Part shown: positions 60,870-64,000 of the stretch, piece after piece | Layout: the number at the start of each line of letters is the position of its first letter | Numbering within the stretch: position 1 is the first letter of the stretch | Made by a program: the position numbers and the translations under genes | The notes under the pieces: generated by a model | Database searches by the model: none | Seen by the model: only the letters and a program-made list of their open reading frames with translations | Told to the model about the DNA's origin: nothing | IMG/VR virus record: IMGVR_UViG_2654587772_000002 | DNA from: a virus | Taxonomy: Duplodnaviria; Heunggongvirae; Uroviricota; Caudoviricetes | Length of the DNA: 64,000 nucleotides | Direction: 5' to 3' (one strand)

Positions 60870-63800
60870 ATGAGCACAAAACCACTCTTCCTGTTACGGA
60901 AAGCGAAAAAATCATCCGGTGAACCTGACGTCGTCCTGTGGGCAAGCAACGATTTTGAATCGACCTGTGCCACTCTGGACTACCTGATCGTTAAGTCAGG
61001 TAAAAAACTGAGCAGCTATTTTAAAGCTGTTGCCACGAATTTTCCTGTCGTTAATGACCTGCCCGCTGAAGGTGAGATCGATTTTACCTGGAGTGAACGC
61101 TATCAACTCAGCAAAGACTCCATGACATGGGAACTAAAACCGGGAGCAGCACCAGACAACGCTCACTATCAAGGCAATACCAACGTCAACGGCGAAGACA
61201 TGACTGAGATTGAGGAGAATATGCTACTCCCAATTTCTGGCCAGGAACTGCCCATTCGTTGGCTTGCTCAACACGGTAGCGAAAAACCGGTAACGCACGT
61301 TTCACGCGACGGACTCCAGGCATTACACATTGCTCGGGCTGAAGAACTACCGGCTGTTACTGCCCTGGCTGTTTCCCACAAAACCAGCCTGCTCGACCCG
61401 CTGGAAATTCGCGAACTCCACAAACTGGTTCGTGACACTGACAAAGTTTTCCCTAATCCTGGTAATTCAAACCTGGGACTGATAACTGCTTTTTTCGAAG
61501 CATACCTGAACGCTGACTACACCGATCGAGGACTGCTGACAAAAGAGTGGATGAAGGGTAATCGTGTTTCACACATCACTCGCACGGCTTCCGGTGCTAA
61601 TGCTGGCGGCGGAAACCTCACCGATCGCGGCGAAGGTTTCGTACACGATCTGACGTCACTGGCGCGCGACGTAGCCACTGGCGTACTGGCCCGTTCAATG
61701 GATCTGGACATCTATAACCTTCATCCGGCACACGCTAAACGCATTGAGGAAATTATCGCTGAAAATAAACCGCCCTTTTCTGTTTTCCGCGACAAATTCA
61801 TCACCATGCCTGGCGGGCTGGATTATTCCCGCGCCATCGTGGTTGCGTCCGTAAAAGAAGCACCAATTGGGATCGAGGTCATCCCCGCGCACGTCACTGA
61901 ATATCTGAACAAAGTACTGACTGAAACCGATCATGCCAACCCTGATCCGGAAATCGTGGATATTGCCTGCGGTCGCTCCTCTGCCCCGATGCCGCAGCGA
62001 GTAACAGAAGAAGGAAAACAGGATGATGAAGAAAAACCGCAACCATCTGGAACAACGGCAGTTGAACAGGGAGAGGCTGAAACAATGGAACCGGACGCAA
62101 CTGAACATCATCAGGACACGCAGCCGCTGGATGCTCAGTCACAGGTAAATTCTGTTGATGCGAAATATCAGGAACTGCGGGCAGAACTCCATGAAGCCCG
62201 GAAAAACATTCCATCAAAAAATCCTGTCGATGCCGATAAATTGCTTGCTGCATCACGTGGTGAATTTGTTGACGGAATTAGCGACCCAGACGATCCGAAA
62301 TGGGTAAAGGGGATCCAGACTCGCGATTGTGTGTACCAGAACCAGCCAGAAACGGAAAAAACCAGCCCGGATATGAATCAACCTGAGCCAGTAGTGCAAC
62401 AGGAACCGGAAATAGCCTGCAATGCCTGCGGCCAGACTGGCGGGGATAACTGCCCTGACTGTGGTGCGGTGATGGGCGACGCAACATACCAGGAAACATT
62501 CGATGAAGAGAGTCAGGTTGAAGCTAAGGAAAATGATCCGGAGGAAATGGAAGGCGCTGAACATCCGCACAATGAGAATGCTGGCAGCGATCCGCATCGT
62601 GATTGCAGTGATGAAACTGGTGAAGCGTCAGCTCCTGTAGCAACTGAAATCATGTGGCCGTCATATTTCGAGCCTGGCCGCTATGAAAACCTCCCGAACG
62701 AGGTTTATCACTCCGCCAACGGAATAAGCAGCACGATGCTGAAGGATGCCCGTATCAGCCTGATGTATTACCATGGACGGCACATTGCCGGAACTATTCC
62801 GAACGAGGAAAGTGATGCACTGCTGCGTGGGCGGATCATTCACAGCTATGTTCTGGAAACGGATAAATTCGCTGATGAATATGCCATTCCGGTACCGGTT
62901 CCTGAATATGTGGTTACTACTTCTAACGAACTGATCGCCATCATTAAAAAACACAATGCCAGTCTGCCAGCACTGATGACACCAGAGCAGATGAAAGAGT
63001 GGATCGAAAGCTACAACAGCACTCTTATACAGCCACTGTCTGTAAGTGCCGGGGCCGAAGAAACAGGCATCCTTTACGGTTCGCTTCCGGTGGAATTTCG
63101 GCGTATTCCTGAGGGGGAAAAACACACAGCATCAGCAATGAAAGCCTGTATTAAAGAATACAACGCAAGCCTCCCTCCTCTGTTGAAAACCAGTGGAGCA
63201 CGGGAGCAGCTTCTGGATCAAATTGAAACTGTAGCCCCAGAACTAGCAAAAAAAGAACGTGCTAAATCTTTGCCTTACAACATCAGTGGCACAAAAGAGC
63301 AATTAACCGAAATCGCACGGCAAATTCGCCCGGAACTGGTGACTCTGGAGGACTGGCAAAAACGCCAGCAAGAAGAAAACGCCGGGAAAACGTTTATCAG
63401 TCCGGATATGTATGAACAGGCAAAAAATATTCACGCGGCACTACAAAACAATACCGATGCAGCAAGGTTACTCAACCACCCGGATCGCAAATCTGAAATC
63501 AGCTATTTCGGGTTTGATGAAGAAACCGGGCTGGAAATCAGGGTCCGTCCTGATATCGAAATCCGGCTGCCATACGAAAGCATTTGCGCTGACGTGAAGT
63601 CAGTCAGCCTCGGTTATGTGCGACAGGAACGACTTAAAGATCGCCTGCACCGTGAAATTATTGAACGTGATTATCATCTCAGCGCCGCAATGTATTGCGA
63701 TGTGGCAAACCTGGACAAATTTTTCTGGATCTTCGTCAACAAAGATGCTGGCTATCACTGGGTGGCAGTCGTGGAAGCCTCGCAGGAACTCCTGGAACTT

Positions 63801-63941
63801 GGTCGACAGGAATATCGCCGGACGCTACGCCAGATAAACGAAGCCCTGGAGACAAACAACTGGCCAGCACCGATTACCGAAAGTTATACCGACGAATTAA
63901 ACGACTTTGATCTTCGTCGTCTTGAAGCACTGAGCATCTGA
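60870..63941 (+). CDS. recE: RecE-like exodeoxyribonuclease VIII (1023 aa) with a C-terminal PD-(D/E)XK nuclease domain
   Basis: C-terminal domain has RPDIEIR...ADVKS (PD...D-x-K), consistent with RecE/lambda-exo-type nucleases. Long acidic low-complexity linker. Position after the RacC-like gene. Confidence 0.75.
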   Translation: MSTKPLFLLRKAKKSSGEPDVVLWASNDFESTCATLDYLIVKSGKKLSSYFKAVATNFPVVNDLPAEGEIDFTWSERYQLSKDSMTWELKPGAAPDNAHYQGNTNVNGEDMTEIEENMLLPISGQELPIRWLAQHGSEKPVTHVSRDGLQALHIARAEELPAVTALAVSHKTSLLDPLEIRELHKLVRDTDKVFPNPGNSNLGLITAFFEAYLNADYTDRGLLTKEWMKGNRVSHITRTASGANAGGGNLTDRGEGFVHDLTSLARDVATGVLARSMDLDIYNLHPAHAKRIEEIIAENKPPFSVFRDKFITMPGGLDYSRAIVVASVKEAPIGIEVIPAHVTEYLNKVLTETDHANPDPEIVDIACGRSSAPMPQRVTEEGKQDDEEKPQPSGTTAVEQGEAETMEPDATEHHQDTQPLDAQSQVNSVDAKYQELRAELHEARKNIPSKNPVDADKLLAASRGEFVDGISDPDDPKWVKGIQTRDCVYQNQPETEKTSPDMNQPEPVVQQEPEIACNACGQTGGDNCPDCGAVMGDATYQETFDEESQVEAKENDPEEMEGAEHPHNENAGSDPHRDCSDETGEASAPVATEIMWPSYFEPGRYENLPNEVYHSANGISSTMLKDARISLMYYHGRHIAGTIPNEESDALLRGRIIHSYVLETDKFADEYAIPVPVPEYVVTTSNELIAIIKKHNASLPALMTPEQMKEWIESYNSTLIQPLSVSAGAEETGILYGSLPVEFRRIPEGEKHTASAMKACIKEYNASLPPLLKTSGAREQLLDQIETVAPELAKKERAKSLPYNISGTKEQLTEIARQIRPELVTLEDWQKRQQEENAGKTFISPDMYEQAKNIHAALQNNTDAARLLNHPDRKSEISYFGFDEETGLEIRVRPDIEIRLPYESICADVKSVSLGYVRQERLKDRLHREIIERDYHLSAAMYCDVANLDKFFWIFVNKDAGYHWVAVVEASQELLELGRQEYRRTLRQINEALETNNWPAPITESYTDELNDFDLRRLEALSI

Positions 63942-63952
63942 GGAAGGACACA

Positions 63953-64000
63953 ATGAACGAATTAACTCAACAAGAAAATATTAACTCTAATGTTGCGGTT
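63953..64000 (+). CDS. Start of the next gene (partial, runs off the window); RecT-like annealing protein expected by position
   Basis: ATG at 63953 preceded by a GAGGAAGG RBS; MNELTQQENINSNVAV... Only 16 codons are visible. Confidence 0.35.
   Translation, partial: MNELTQQENINSNVAV

Larger units (their letters stand above)
20598..64000. mobile_element. Lambdoid prophage (Rac-like early region, phage-21-type lysis cassette, lambda-type tail); extends beyond the right edge of the window
   Basis: Canonical lambdoid gene order: recombination, immunity, replication, nin, Q, lysis, terminase, portal, capsid, tail V through J, lom. Confidence 0.9.

Overview
Almost the whole window is phage-derived, with nearly all genes on the minus strand. 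From about 20.6 kb to 64 kb it is a lambdoid prophage that looks like an intact relative of the cryptic Rac prophage, with a phage-21-type lysis cassette and a lambda-type tail. Reading right to left: RecE-like exonuclease, RacC/YdaE/KilR-sized early genes and a SieB-like gene; a RacR-like repressor and divergent Cro-like gene flanked by operator palindromes; replication genes including a DnaC-like loader; Q-like, pinholin, SAR endolysin, Rz with embedded Rz1; a TrkG-like transporter; terminase, portal, capsid; and tail genes V, G/GT, H, M, L, K, I, J. J is interrupted by a 1-nt frameshift and lom is reduced to a 61-codon stub. From 1 to 19.6 kb there is a second phage segment: a complete-looking tail, baseplate and tail-fibre module with its own tape measure, plus a leftmost operon whose gene sizes and order resemble the P1 lydA-lydB-hdf-darA antirestriction operon. 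Between them sit a CysE-like acetyltransferase and a GC-rich non-coding stretch with a group II intron-like 5' end. The strongest candidate for an undescribed system is an AT-rich three-gene island at 49.6-53.2 kb in the nin region: a GHKL ATPase translationally coupled to an unrecognised 329-aa protein, 3'-overlapping a convergent C5-cytosine methyltransferase. A second notable item is a pair of lipoproteins carrying a TolA C-terminal-like domain in the slot between Q and the holin. All assignments rest on motif reading and recalled homology; no searches were run, and nucleotide-level positions of small motifs are approximate.
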